In this document: positions 1-22,500 of the stretch, in pieces
How positions within the stretch are numbered: position 1 is the stretch's first letter
Layout of the letters: the number at the start of each line of letters is the position of its first letter
Assembly: GCF_964194155.1 (NCBI RefSeq)
Contig: NC_135898.1
Coordinates: 21,080,001-21,144,000 of the forward strand
Source of the DNA: Cetorhinus maximus
Taxonomy: Eukaryota
Direction of reading: 5' to 3'
Length of the DNA: 64,000 nucleotides
Translations under genes and position numbers: made by a program
The notes under the pieces: generated by a model
What the model was told of the DNA's origin: nothing
What the model saw: only the letters and a program-made list of their open reading frames with translations
Databases searched by the model: none

Positions 1-560
1 AACAGAATTACCTGGAAAAACTCAGCAGGTCTGGCAGCATCGGTGGAGAAGAAAAGAGTTGATGTTTCGAGTCCAATGACCCTTCAACAGAACTGAGTGT
101 AGTTAGGAGAGGGGTGAAATATAAGCTGGTTTAAGGTGGGGGGTGGGGTGGGGGGAGAGAAGTTGAGGGTGGGGTGGTTGTAGGGACAAGCAAGCAGTGC
201 TAGGAGCAGAGAATCAAAAGATGTCACAGACAAAAGGATCAAAGAGGTGTTGAAGGTGGTGATATTATCTAAGAGAATATGCTAATTAAGAATGGATGGC
301 AGGACACTCAAGGTACAGCTCTAGTGGTGTCTGTGACATCTTTTGATTCTCTGCTCCTATCACTGCTTGCTTGTCCCTACAACCACCCCACCCCCTACAA
401 CCACCCCACCCCCCACCTTAAACCAGCTTATATTTCACTCCTCTCCTAACTACACTCAGTTCTGTTGCAGGGTCATTGGACTCGAAATGTCAACTCTTTT
501 CTTCTCCACCGATGCTGCCAAACCTGCTGAGTTTTTCCAGGTAATTCTGTTTTTGTTTTT
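1..560. mobile_element. Foldback (inverted-repeat) Penelope-like element remnant; arms about 1-232 and 328-560, truncated by the window start
   Basis: 1-232 is the near-perfect reverse complement of 328-560 (e.g. ctggaaaaactcagcaggtctggcagcatcggtggagaag vs cttctccaccgatgctgccaaacctgctgagtttttccag). The same sequence family recurs at 1520, 25545, 36435, 39820 and 53359. The Penelope-like assignment is inferred from the inverted terminal structure and hammerhead-like motif. Confidence 0.7.
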
Positions 561-639
561 GTCCAACAGCACTAAGCTCAGCTGGAAAAGTTGCTCAAAA
601 CTTACCGGGGGTGGGGGAAGGGGGTAGGAGAAAGTTTTC

Positions 640-905
640 TCCTAGTGATGATTGACGCGGCGTCTAGCCAATCAAAACCTGCAGCCGTGGACGTGCGACC
701 AGACATAGTCCAATAGGAAGCGGGAATAGGTAAAAGAGGGCAGCCCGGCGGCGATGATTGACAGAAGGGTTAGCCAATGCGGTGGTAGGACGGGGAAGTT
801 GGCGGCCAATCGGCGCGGGGGGCGGGTCCATGGCCGTCGGGGCGGCGGAGGCTCGAGCGGAAATTTGAATTAAATCTAAATGAGCGTCGCCGGCGGCCCC
901 GAGAA
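640..905 (+). promoter_or_regulatory. CpG-rich WBP1 promoter: four CCAAT boxes (668, 710, 774, 806), two TGATTGAC sites (649, 755), GC box (~817-826), CHR-like TTTGAA (864-869)
   Basis: Motifs read directly. CpG density is high relative to the rest of the window, and the region lies immediately upstream of the WBP1 ATG. Confidence 0.75.
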
Positions 906-10496
<9,591 letters not shown>

Positions 10497-11768
10497 CAAG
10501 TGCCACTGTTACCAGCGCGCAAGAGTAAAACAGATGGTGCAATCTATGACCGCTGACTGTTCAGCATTAACTCTGGGCTTATCTAATGTTTTCCATCAGG
10601 AGCAAGATGCAGGTTGTAGTCTATAGATGCAGGGTTTGGGATCGGTCCAGGGTTGCACAATCAGGGTTGCCTGCTCATAAGCCAGATTTCCTGCTAGCAT
10701 TTTTTTTTAATTGACTGTAGCACTATATATTATATTGATGATTTTTCAAATATTTGTCTTCAGGACCTCTTATCAAAAACATTAAGAATTGTTTTGTCAT
10801 TTTTGAAACAAAATTCAGTTCTTATGTTTTGTGTTTTTTTTTAAAAAGGGAGGGTGAGGTGAGAATAAGCTTTTCCCCAACCACCTCCCAAGATCATCCC
10901 ATTTTGAGTAGGAGGGGATGGGGCCTGTGAATGAGGGTTCTGCCGGTGCTGTTGTGTAGCTTTGAATGGAGGCATAGAAGAGTTGTTCAGGTTGTTTCAG
11001 TTAATGACATGGCTCCTTTTCTCCTTGCAGTGGGCATATGCCTCCTACACAGAGTTCCTCACCAAAAGGCCTGCCTAGGGTTAATAGATCAGTACGTGGT
11101 GACTCTATGCCCTGTGGTGTAGCATTATTGCCTCATTACTGCCATATACCCCCAGGGTGTCTCTTTTTTTTTCACTTTGATAATTTATTATGAGTGGACC
11201 TGTTTGATTACAGTGTTGCCCATCTGATTCCTGGTTGAGATGGGGGTTTCGTTTCAACAGTTGTTGTTGTCTAGACTGCACTAATGCATCAAGTATTTCT
11301 GCATACAAGTTTATTTTTTTTGTAAGTTTAATTTTAGATTTGATCCTACTAACTATATTTCTGTGGTACTGTTGGTAAAAGTTTAACTGAAGAACCTTTT
11401 ACCAATGAATGTTAATGTACAAGTGAATTACAAAGCTTTCGTATTAAGCATAGCACCACCCACAGCTTAAAAAAAAACCAAACCTAAGGCCTTCACTTAT
11501 AGGATGCTAATACTGTTTTATAACAGTAGCGCAATAGATGGCACACATCTCACACTGTGTTGTGGTTTTTCTGCACAGCTGAAATAATCTCAGCGTTGTC
11601 CTCAGGATTTCAGCAATGTTGGATGTGTGATCTTTTTATCATAAATGGTACAGACTTCTGCTCTTCTGTACTTTGGCTATGTCTGGAGAGAGCATTTTGA
11701 ACTATATAACAGTAGCGGAAATACTGGTAGGTACACGAGTATCACTAGGTGGGAGCAATTGGAAATGT

Positions 11769-11774
11769 AATAAA
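11769..11774 (+). other. Candidate proximal poly(A) signal of WBP1
   Basis: AATAAA downstream of the stop codon; usage not provable. Confidence 0.3.
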
Positions 11775-12099
11775 TATATTGCTACAATGTTAAAGTGTAT
11801 TGGGTCAAATGTTTTACTTTTCTCCTCATGGCCTATTGGTGCCAACACTCAATCTACATTTCTGCCATTGTTTTAAAGTGAATTGTGACAACCAGCACAC
11901 AAGTGTTGAGTACAGAGCTGTACAAAAATATACAACCGTATGTACCTCTGATTAATCTGATGTCAGTGTAGAAAAGACAACATTAAATCTAGCTAGGCAG
12001 AACCTTTGACCGAGAAAAGCCAGGTACTACATGTGAGTTAGAAGGAAAAACAGTCTCGTAACAGCGATGTTGTGGGGGTGGGGGAATTGGTGTATGGAA

Positions 12100-13270
12100 C
12101 TGAGTGACTGAGTGATAACTATAGCTCAGAAATCGTCCCCATGAGCTCTGCCAAGCCTATATTCCTAACCCTCCCCCAAAACATGGAGAAAAGCATCATG
12201 AGCCACACTGAAAATGCTGCTAAAAATCACTACAAAAATGAAAAAGGAAGCTAGATTGAGAATTAAGCAAAAGACAGTTAGTTTTGAAGCAAGAAACATA
12301 AACTTTGAGTTGAGAACGTATGTGAATTGTAATAAGACTGGAGACACATAGTTCTACGGTTCATAAACATTGGACTAGAATGAAGGACAAATGTCTTACA
12401 AGAAGTTGGAATGAGAGAAAAACAGGAGCAACCTTCACTGCAAGGTATGGGCATTTATTATGAAGTAACAAAACAGACATTGATTAAGGCAGAATAAGCG
12501 AGGATGTGTTACATCACACATCCTTTCAGTGTAAATTCTGAACTTACTGAAAGACAGGATGATTTAGTTGGATTCAAGATCAGTGGAAAACTGAGAATCT
12601 AAGGCCAGTACCACAGATACGGAATGCTGGCTGACTTGACCTCTTAGTGTCAATTTTCAATGTTAACAAGTAATTAAAAACTTGTCCTCTATTTCACATA
12701 ACCAAACGTTACAAGCCATAATAGTGTGGAAAGAGCGAGCAGCTTCTAAAAAATGACCTTTAAGTGAACAGAGAGTATTGTGTACTTGGGTCATCCACAT
12801 GATGAAGTTAGACAAAAGATAGCAACTGCAAGAAAAGGTTTTTAAACAACGTATGAAGGAGCTCATAGTAAAACTAAGCTGGTGGTGAGCAAAATGTTTA
12901 AATTTCCGATTTGAAAACTCAACCTTGAACAATAAAGGCAGGTCCTAAAGATTGGAGGCCTTCAAGTTTTATGTTATAGATGTAGCTGGAAAATGAGTGA
13001 AACAAGGAGGCTCCTTGAATTATCACAAAGGAGAACTGAAAAGCCAGATTAGGATGAGGGACATAGCACAGGAATCAGAAGGAAAGTTGTTTGTCAACAG
13101 AAAGCTTGGTAACATACGCAGTGACAGGTAAGGAATAATGTGGCTGGATGATGGGATGGAAACTCCAGGCGCCCACACAATCCATCTGAGCAGAAATGTA
13201 AATATATGGAGTATTTGGGATATAAACCTGGAGAGCGGAGAGAAAGGGAACAGTTGAACAAAGCTCCTCA
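12100..13270 (+). mobile_element. Very old Gypsy-like gag-pol relic (tentative)
   Basis: Purine-rich decayed sequence. About 12780-12920 resembles the RT segment G-x-T-x-x-EHD-x-RL...KL...KC-x-F. No long ORF. Confidence 0.3.
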
Positions 13271-13503
13271 GACTGTGTCTTTTTATGTAAGTAATCAGGT
13301 GTCCTTTTTAAATATATTAGCTTGAGGGAGTGTGTCAGTTTTGCAGTAGTGGAATGCCGTTATATTTTGATGCCTTTTTAAAAAATACATTTTAATTTTG
13401 TAATACTTTGATAGACATTGTTAGAAAATGCATGTTCTAAGGTGTGATGAAATTTCATTGTACTATTCTCTAAAAATTACAGTGCTGAAGTCTTTTATAT
13501 ATA

Positions 13504-13509
13504 AATAAA
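13504..13509 (+). other. Candidate distal poly(A) signal of WBP1
   Basis: AATAAA in an AT-rich context followed by T-rich sequence; ends a typical AU-rich 3' UTR-like tract. Confidence 0.45.
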
Positions 13510-13980
13510 AAAAACATGGATTCTTTGCTGCTTGGGATCATGAATTTTCAGTTATTTTGAATACACTTGGATTCAGTGGAAAACAGACCTGCCTGATCCT
13601 GCAATCCAAAAGCAGTAAACTTAAAAATAGGGTGCAGACTAGGTCACAGTAACAGATTTGGGGAAGGAATTTCCATCATAGCAATGTTAAATGTGCATTC
13701 CTTAAATGCAGGTTTGCAAATGGCAAAAATCTTTCCAGAAGTATTGAAATTTAATATTGTCTAGCCAACTGTCTGCAAGACAGCATGTGTTCTTTATATC
13801 AAATGCAGACTAGAATTCTCCTGTCCTTTGAAAACATTCCATCTTGTAGTGATTGCATACAGAAAGGTTTCACTTTCCTGGCATGTAATATTGTGCCCAT
13901 CTGGTGAAATGGAAAGTCACGTACAGGAAAATCCTACTTCGGGACCACTCCTGCATGGAACCAGAAATTTCAGCACACTG

Positions 13981-14887
13981 CGTCATGAAAGTAACATTTT
14001 TTTCATTATATTATTGTGGTTTATTGCTAAATAGGTTTATGGGTGTGAGTGTGGTTCTCTGTGTAATTGATTTGAATTGAGTCAGATAGCCTGCAAACTT
14101 GAAATTACCAAAAGTAGTTCGGGTAAAAGGCATTTGAAATGTTAATGAGTAAATGTGGATGAGGGCTTAGCATGTAAAGTGAAGGAAATTTGCATTTTTA
14201 GATAAAGGAAGGGGTTGTTTATGTTTCAAAGAGATGATAGGATATTTACAACTAACGAGATAAGCAAGGCCAAGCACTATGTTTATTTTCCCCAAAGTTA
14301 TTGACCATATTGGCAACATTAAAGATTTTTATATTATGGGAAAAGTAAATTCCCAAAGACATTAGAACAATGTAATTTACAGATTAAAGAGGGAGAAACA
14401 TATATAAGGAGGAATGGAAGGCTATGTTAGGGGGCCATGTAAAATCTAAGAGGACTGTGTAAAACAGCCTTAGGGAAGCCTCCAGCTGTCTTAGCAGAAG
14501 TCTGCTGTGTCCAGTAATGAAAGGTGGAGGAAAGCCTTTGGAATTCCACTATCGAGTGCTGTGGTAAACTTGCTGGCATGGTATTTAAATTTGAAATCTA
14601 TTTGACTGTTGCCTTCAAGGGGGTGTGTGATTGGAAGTGAGGTTAGTTAGGAATTTGGGGGTTTGTTACAGTATTAAGTAACTGTAATCTTATGTTTATG
14701 CTTAATTTTTTTTAATGTTTCAATTTAGTTTTTAAAATCACCAAAGGTGTTGGTGGACTCATGACTTCTGAATTTAGTGCACAAGTCTTCTTGTAATAAA
14801 TACAAATTGCAAAACCATTGTGATAGCATAGCTGTTTTTCTTGTGGATTTGGTCCACCTGGCACACATCACCTGCCACGTCATAATA
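13981..14887 (+). repeat. 5' LTR (907 bp)
   Basis: (c)gtcatgaaa...cacatcacctgccacgtcataata; aligns with 19581-20070 plus 22461-22866. Confidence 0.9.
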
Positions 14888-15017
14888 AAATTGGGGGCTC
14901 TTTGCGGAATTTTTGAAATTCCTTGATTGGCTTGGAGTTGGTGAATCTTAAGAGTACGAGAAGAACATTAAACTCATAAGCTGGTGTGAGGGATTTTAAA
15001 ATAGTGAGACTGCAAAA

Positions 15018-18000
15018 ATGGCTTTATCAATAGCTAAGACTTTTCTGGGAATAGAAGACATAACTCTGGTTTACAAAAATTATCTAAGATTAAGTTAACA
15101 GAATTGGCGGATAAGTTGCAGTTGAAGTCAACTGCAGGGGCAAAGAAAACAGACATAAATGAAGTAATAGCACAACATTTGAAATTGGAAGGGATACCTG
15201 AAACTAGTGAGACTTCAGTTACAAATGAAGAAGCTTGAACGTGAACAAGTGATGGAAATGAAAAAACTGGAATTAGAAGCAAAGGAAAAGAAAAGAGGAA
15301 GGCAGGAGAGAGAAAGAAAACAGGAAAGGGAATTGGCAAGGGAGGAGGAGAAAGAAAGTCAGCTTAAGAAGCTGGAAGTTAAAAAAGATATCCCAGGTGC
15401 TGAGGGAGGTTCTGAGGATGAAATGATCACTTCCAATCTAAAGCCCAGTGGGGACGTGTCTAAATTTGTGCAAGCTCTTCTGAAGTTTGAGGAAAGGGAG
15501 GTAGAGGCGTTCTTTATTTCTCTTGAGAAGGTAGCTAGCAGATGAAATGGCTACAAGAAATCTGAACATTGCTTTTACAGTCTAGGTTGGTAGGTAGAGA
15601 TCATAAAGTTTATGCTTCATGCATATGAGTTGCTTCCTGAGGCGTGCAGGCAGAAATTTATGAATTAAAAGGAAACAGCCTGGTCAAACTTACATTGAGT
15701 TTGATAGAGGAAAACCAAGTAATTTTGACCAGTGATACGGGCATTAAAGGTAGAGACAACATATGCAGCTCTTAGAGAAGTAATTCCTTTGGTAGTGAGA
15801 ACTCGTGGAGGAACAGAGGGTTAAAACGGCAAGGCAAGCAGCAGAGGTAGCTGATGATTGTGAATTAGTTCATAAATCTAAATCTTCCTTTCATCACCCT
15901 TTTAAATCTGAGAAGGATAGAAAGTAGCAAGGTGAAAGGAAGGTGGGTAGTCAAGGAAAAGGAGGAAAGGTTGGAAATTCTCAGGAAATTTTTTCTCAGA
16001 CCAAAAAGGAAGGTACTGAGGGTAGAAGTGACACTTAAACTGAGGTGTTTTCATTGACTTTGTCTGCCCAACCTCATTACAATGTTTTACAGGGAAAATC
16101 TGTTGCATTAGTGGGACATGAGATCCAGGCAAAGCAGGAAGAATCATTGATTGGTAAAGAAGAGGGAATGTGTTCACAGTTTACCCAATGGAGTGCTGAA
16201 GGGCAGATTACAGAAATGTTTAAAGATTTTGTATGTGAAGGGAAAGACTTTCCATGTGTACAGGGTGAAGCAGGTAAAGATATTAAAATTTTGACAGACA
16301 CCGGGACTAGTCAATCCTTAATGTTATGGGATAGTGATATTTGTTGTTCAGAGGCAGTATTGCAGGAATAAGTGAATTCATTGAGATGCTAACCCTATTC
16401 CATAGTGAAAAGTAAATTTAAAGTGTAAATGGAGAACAGGTGAGGTGATTGTTGGAGTAGTGGAAAAATTGCCCATTGCAGGGGTTCAATTTATTTTCGG
16501 TAATGATATAGCTGGGTTACAGATGTTGGTGATGCCTACTGTCATTGAGCAGCCTGTGGAGGTGCATTCAACAAATGCTACAGAAACAGCATCCTGGATT
16601 GTTTCCAGATTGTATAGTCATGAGATCACAAATTCACAACTTAAAACAGGAAGAGGAGGAATTTCAAAGGCAGGTAAATGTGCTGATATCCAATGAGCTG
16701 ATACTATCTTTGATAAGCTTTTTCAGGGAGAGAGAATAGAGGAGAATGAAGCTGAAGTGTTTAGTTAAGTTAAATTTGTAGAGTTACAGCAGAAGGATCC
16801 ATGAATAAAGCAGTTATATAAGACAGCTTACTCAGAAACTGAGGCAGAATGTATTCCAGAATGTTATTACCTTAAATGTAATGTCTTAATGAGCAAGTGG
16901 AGACCGTCTCATGTTTCAGCAGATGAGTGCATCAGATAGTTATACCATCTGGATACAGAAATGAGATATTAAGAGTAGCTCATGAAATTCCAATATGGGG
17001 ACATTTAGGAATTAGGAAGATTCAGGCGAAAATACAAAAACATTTCTATTGGCCTATCACATGTCAGGTGACAGGGAAACATCAAGCAGTTATTCAACCT
17101 GCACTTTTTACTGGGGTCTAACTGATTGTCTTAGGGAGGGGCCCTACACAAAGTGCAAATCAGTACTTGCTGACAATAATGGATGTGTCTATAAGGTTTC
17201 CGGAAGTGATATTTCGCGAAATATTGCAGCAAGAAAATCTGTGGAATAACTGACTAAATTCTTTACCAGATATGGTTTGCCAAAAGAAATACAATCCGAT
17301 CAGGGTTCAAATTTCATGTCACAGCTGTTTAAGGAAGTAGTGAACAGCTCGGGGATAAAACAGTTTAAGTCAACAGTTTATCATCTTAAATCACAAGGTG
17401 CTTTGGAAAGATGGCATCAAACTTTAAAACCATGATGAGGGCTTATAGTCAAGACTACCCACAGGATTGGGATCGGGGAATTCCTTTTTTGTTATTTACT
17501 ATTAGGGATGCTCCTAATGAATTGACAGGATTTAGTCCTTTTTGAATTGGGCTATGGTTATGAAGTAAGGGGACCACTGAAGTTGATTCAGGAAAAAAAT
17601 GTGGTCAAAATTTGGAAACTACTCTCCTGGATTAAACAGAGCACGTGAGTTAGCTAAGGACCATTTAAAGATATCACTGCAGTTGATGAAGGTGAAGGCA
17701 GATAAGAGGGCCAAAGCTTGTAATTATATTGCTGGGGAATAAGTGTTAGTTTTATTACCATTATAGGATGAACCATTAAAGGTAAGGTTTAGTGGGCCTT
17801 ACAGGATTGAAAATAAACTAAGTGAAGTAAATGATTTAATAAATACTCTAGATAGAAGAAAGAAGCAGAGGGTGTGTCATGTAAATATGCTTAAAAAGTA
17901 CTTTGACAGGGAAGATGACCGAAAGGAGGTATTAGTGGTAGTAGAGAAAGAGGTAGAAACGAAGGATTCTGAAATTCATTTTCCTCTAATCAAATCGAAT

Positions 18001-19370
18001 AATGAGGGGGTACTTAAAAACTTAAAAGTCATATTGAGTTATCTTCCAGATAAGTGGCAAAGTGATTTGGAGAAGCTATTGCAGTCACAGGGAATAAGTT
18101 GGGGACACAAATTTAGCCACATGTGATTTAAATGTGGGTGATTGTGTCGATAATACAACATCTTTATAGATTAAAGCCAGCAAAATTATCACAAGTACAG
18201 AAAGAAATTGAATTCCTGCTTCAAAATGATATCATTGAGTCTAGTTGCAGTAACTGGAGTTCGCCTATTGTGACAGTACCGAAACCAGATGGAACACAAA
18301 GACTGCGTGGATTATCAAAAAGTAAATGGTGACAAAGGTGGATTCATATCCTATTCCACAGTTGGGAGATTGCATCGAGAAAGTGGGACAATCAAAGTTT
18401 ATCATAAAGATTGACTTGCTGAGAGTATACTAGCAAGTTCCATTATTGGAGAGAGCAAAGGAGATATTGACTTTTGTGACGCCAGATGGACTAAATCAGT
18501 TTAAAGTTATACCATTTGGTATGAAAAATGCACCAGCGACGTTTCGAAGACTGACAAACAAAGAAATTGCAGGGCTGAGCAATTGCGCTGTTTATATGGA
18601 CAGCTTGATAGTTTTCAGTCAACCATGGGAGAAGCATTTACAACATCTGAAAGAGCTGGTTGATTGACTGCAAGAAGCTAATTTGGGGGTGAACTTGGCT
18701 AAGAGTTCACTCGCAAAAATGCAAGTTACACATCTAGGCCATACCAGTGGACATGGTCAGGTAGCTCCAAGCGATGTGAAAGTAAAAGCGATCGTGAATT
18801 TCCCCATGCCTACAACAAAACGAGCTGGTTTTAGATTTCTGGGCATGAGTGGATTTTACTGGAAGTTTGTACCAAATTTTAGCAGTGTGGTTGCTCCATT
18901 GACTGAACTATTAAAAAAGAACATGAAGTTTCAATGGACACAGGAGTGTCAGAATGCATTTGACAGTTTAAAATTTGACGACTGCAACACCGATTTTGGC
19001 AGTACCTAATGCAAGCAGTTTAAGTTGGCAGTTGATGCAAGTGATGTATTGGTGCTGTATTGTTAAAAGATGAAGAAATGAATTGAGAACCCAATAGGTT
19101 ATTTTTCATGAAAGCCGAATGTACATCAGAGAAGATACTTAAATATCGAAAAGGTCTGGTGTTAGCATCGTGCATTGAGGTTTATGTTGCAAGCAATTTG
19201 TCAGAAACAATTGTTTATACAGACTGCAGTCCTTTAAAATTTCTGGACAAATTGAGACCGTAGTGCAAGACTGTTCAGATGGAGTTTATTACTGCAACCA
19301 TTTAATTTACAGGTTATACATGAGGCTGGATGACAAAATCTAATTGCAGCTGCATTGTTGAGAGTTTAAA
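15018..19370 (+). pseudogene. Disrupted gag-pol of the Gmr1-like element: gag/SCAN-like ~15018-16100, protease ~16220-16540, integrase ~16780-17900, RT ~18130-18960, RNase H ~19000-19370
   Basis: ORF fragments at 15207, 16045, 16445, 16927, 17872, 18132, 18446 and 18683 carry recognisable domain motifs. Confidence 0.85.
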
Positions 19371-19580
19371 GCTCAAAGGAAATTGGACATTTAAAACCTG
19401 GACACTGGACTGTCTCTGACCTCTGTTGATACAAAGGATTTGTATTTATAGCTATGTTAATGCATGCGCCTGGTAATGTAATAGTTTGTGTACATAGATA
19501 AGTATAGTAAGTAAAATAGGTTGAGAAAATGAAGCCGTCTTTTAAAATTATGACGGTTCATTTTTCCATAAGGATGGAGG

Positions 19581-22500
19581 TGTCATGAAACTAACATTTT
19601 TTTCATTATATTATTGGTTTATTGTAAAGTAGGTTTATGAATGTGCGTGTGGATGGGTCTGTCAATACGATTTAATTAAATTAGAATCAGACTGCAAGCT
19701 TGAAATTATCAAAAGTAGTTGGGGTAAAAGGCATTTGAAATGCTAATGAGTAAACATGGATGAGGGCTTTGCATGTAGGGTGTGAAGGAAATTTGCATTT
19801 TTAGATAAGTAAAGCGGTTGTTTAGGTTTCAAAGGGATTATAGGATGTTTACAACTAACAAGATAAGCAAGGCCAAGCAGTATGTTTATTTTTCCCAAAA
19901 GTATTGACCATATTGGCACCATGAAAGATTTTTATATTATGGGAAAAGTAAATTCACAAAGACATATAGAACAATGGAATTTACAGATTACAGAAACATG
20001 TTTAAGGCAGAATGGAAGGCGATGTTCAGGGGCCATGTAAAACAGCCTTATGGAAGCCTCCAACTACTTTTCACAGAATCACAGAGTGCAGAAGAGGCCC
20101 TTTGGCCCATCGAGTCTGCACCGACACTTGAGAAACACCTGACCTACCTACCTAATCCCATTCACCAGCACTTGGCCCATAGCCTTGAATGTTATGACGT
20201 GCCAAGTGTTCATCCGGGTACTTTTTAAAGGATGTGAGGCAACCCGCCTCCACCACCCCCCCAGGCAGTGTATTCCAGACCGTCACCACCCTCTGGGTAA
20301 AAAAAGTTTTCCCTCGCATCCCCCCTGAACCTCCTGCCCCTCACCTTGAACTTATGTCCCCTTGTGACTGACCCTTCAACTAAGGGAAGAAGCTGCTCCC
20401 TATCCACGCACCTCAATCTTGTACACCTTGATTAGGTCGCCCCTCAGTCTTCTCTGCTCCAAAAAAAAAACAACCCGAGTCTATCCAACCTCTCTTCATA
20501 ACTTAAATGTTTCATCCCAGGCAACATCCTGGTGAATCTCCTCTGCACCTCCTTCAGTGCAATCACATCCTTCCTATAATGTGGTGACCAGAACTGCACA
20601 CAGTACTCCAGCTGTGGCCTCACCAAGGTTCTATACAACTCTAACATGACCTCCCTACTTTTGTAATCTATGCCTCGATTGATAAAGGCAAGTGTCCCAA
20701 ATGCCTTTTTCACCACCCCACTAACATTCCCCTCCGCCTTCAGAGATCTATGGACACACACGCCAAGGTCCCTTTGTTCCTCAGAACTTCCTAGTGTCAT
20801 GTCGTTCATTGAATACTTCCTTGTCAAATTACTCCTTCCAAAGTGTATCACCTCACACTTTTCAGGGTTAAATTCCATCTGCCCATTTGACCATGCCGTC
20901 TATATCTTCCTCTAACCCAAGACACAACCTCACTGTTAACTACCGGGCCAATCTTTGTGTCATCCGCAAACTTACTAATCCTACCCCCCACATAGTCATC
21001 TATGTCGTTTACATAAATGACGAATAATAGGGGACCCAGCATAGATCCCTGTGGTACGCCACTGGCTTCCAGTCACTAAAGCATCCTTCTGTCATCACCC
21101 TCTGTCTCCTACAACTAAGCCAATTTTGAATCCACCTTATCAAATTACCCTGTATCCCATGTGCATTTGCCTTCTTTACAAGTCTCCCATGTGGGACCTT
21201 GTCAAAGGCTTTGCTGAAATCCATATAAACTACATCAACTGCACTACCTTCATCTACACACCTGGTCACCTCCTCAAAAAATTCAATCAAATTTTTTAGG
21301 CATAACCTCCCTCTGACACAGCCATGCTGACTAGCCCTGATCAAACCTTGCCTCTCCAAGTGGAGATAGATTCTCTCCTTCAGAGTTTTCTCCAATAGCT
21401 TCCCTACCACTGACGTGAGACTCACTGGCCTGTAGTTCCCTGGCTTATCTCTACAACCCTTCTTAAATAGCAGAACCACATTAGCTGTTCTCCAGTCCTC
21501 TGGCACCTCCCCCGTAGCCAGAGAGGAATTACAAATTTGGGTCAGAGCCCCTGCGATCTCCTCCCTTGCCTCCCTCAGAAGTCTGGGACACAAATCATCT
21601 GGAAATGGAGATTTGTCCACTTTTAAGCCTGACAACGCCTCCAATATCTTGTCACTCCCTATATCAATTTGCTTAAGAACCTCGCAGTCTGTCTCCCCGA
21701 GTTCAATACCTTCATCCTCATTCTCTTGGGTGAAGACAGATGTGAAGTATTCATTCAACACTCTAGTGATGTCCTCTGGCTCCACCCATAGATTGCCCCC
21801 TTGGTCCCTTATGGGCCCTACTCTTTCCCTGGTTGTCCTCTTCCCATTGATATACTTATAGAATATCTTGAGATTTTCCCTACTTTTACCAGCCAGAGCT
21901 TTCTCATATCCCCTCTTTGCTCTCCTCATTGCTATCTTAAGCTTCACCCTGCACTTTCTGTACTCCACTAATGCCTCCGCTGATTTGCTTCCCTTGTACC
22001 TGCTAAAAGCCTCTCTTTTCCTTCTCATCGTAATCTGAATATCTCTGGTCATCCATGGTTCTCTGGGCTTGTTACTCCTTCCTAGAGGTAACATGTTGAG
22101 CCTGTACCCTCCCCATTTCCTTTCTGAATGCCCCCCACTGCTCCTCTGTAGATTTCCCCACAAGTAGCTGTTCCCAGTCTACCTTGGCCAGATCCTCTCC
22201 TGCCATATTTTACTAAAATCCACTCTCCCCCAATCCAAAACATTTTTTTGCAACTTGTCCATTTCTTTGTCCATAACAAACTTAAACTGTACCATGTTGT
22301 GGTCGCTATCACTAAGATGCTCCCCCTCAGCCACCTGTCTGGCTTCATTCCCCAGAATTAGGTCCAGAACTGCGCCATCCCTTGTTGGACCCTCTACATA
22401 TTGACCTAAAAAGTTCTCCTGTACACATTTCAAGAAATCCACTCCATCCAAACCCTTAACACTGTCTATTTTGCTAAAGTCTGCTGTGTCCAATAATGAA

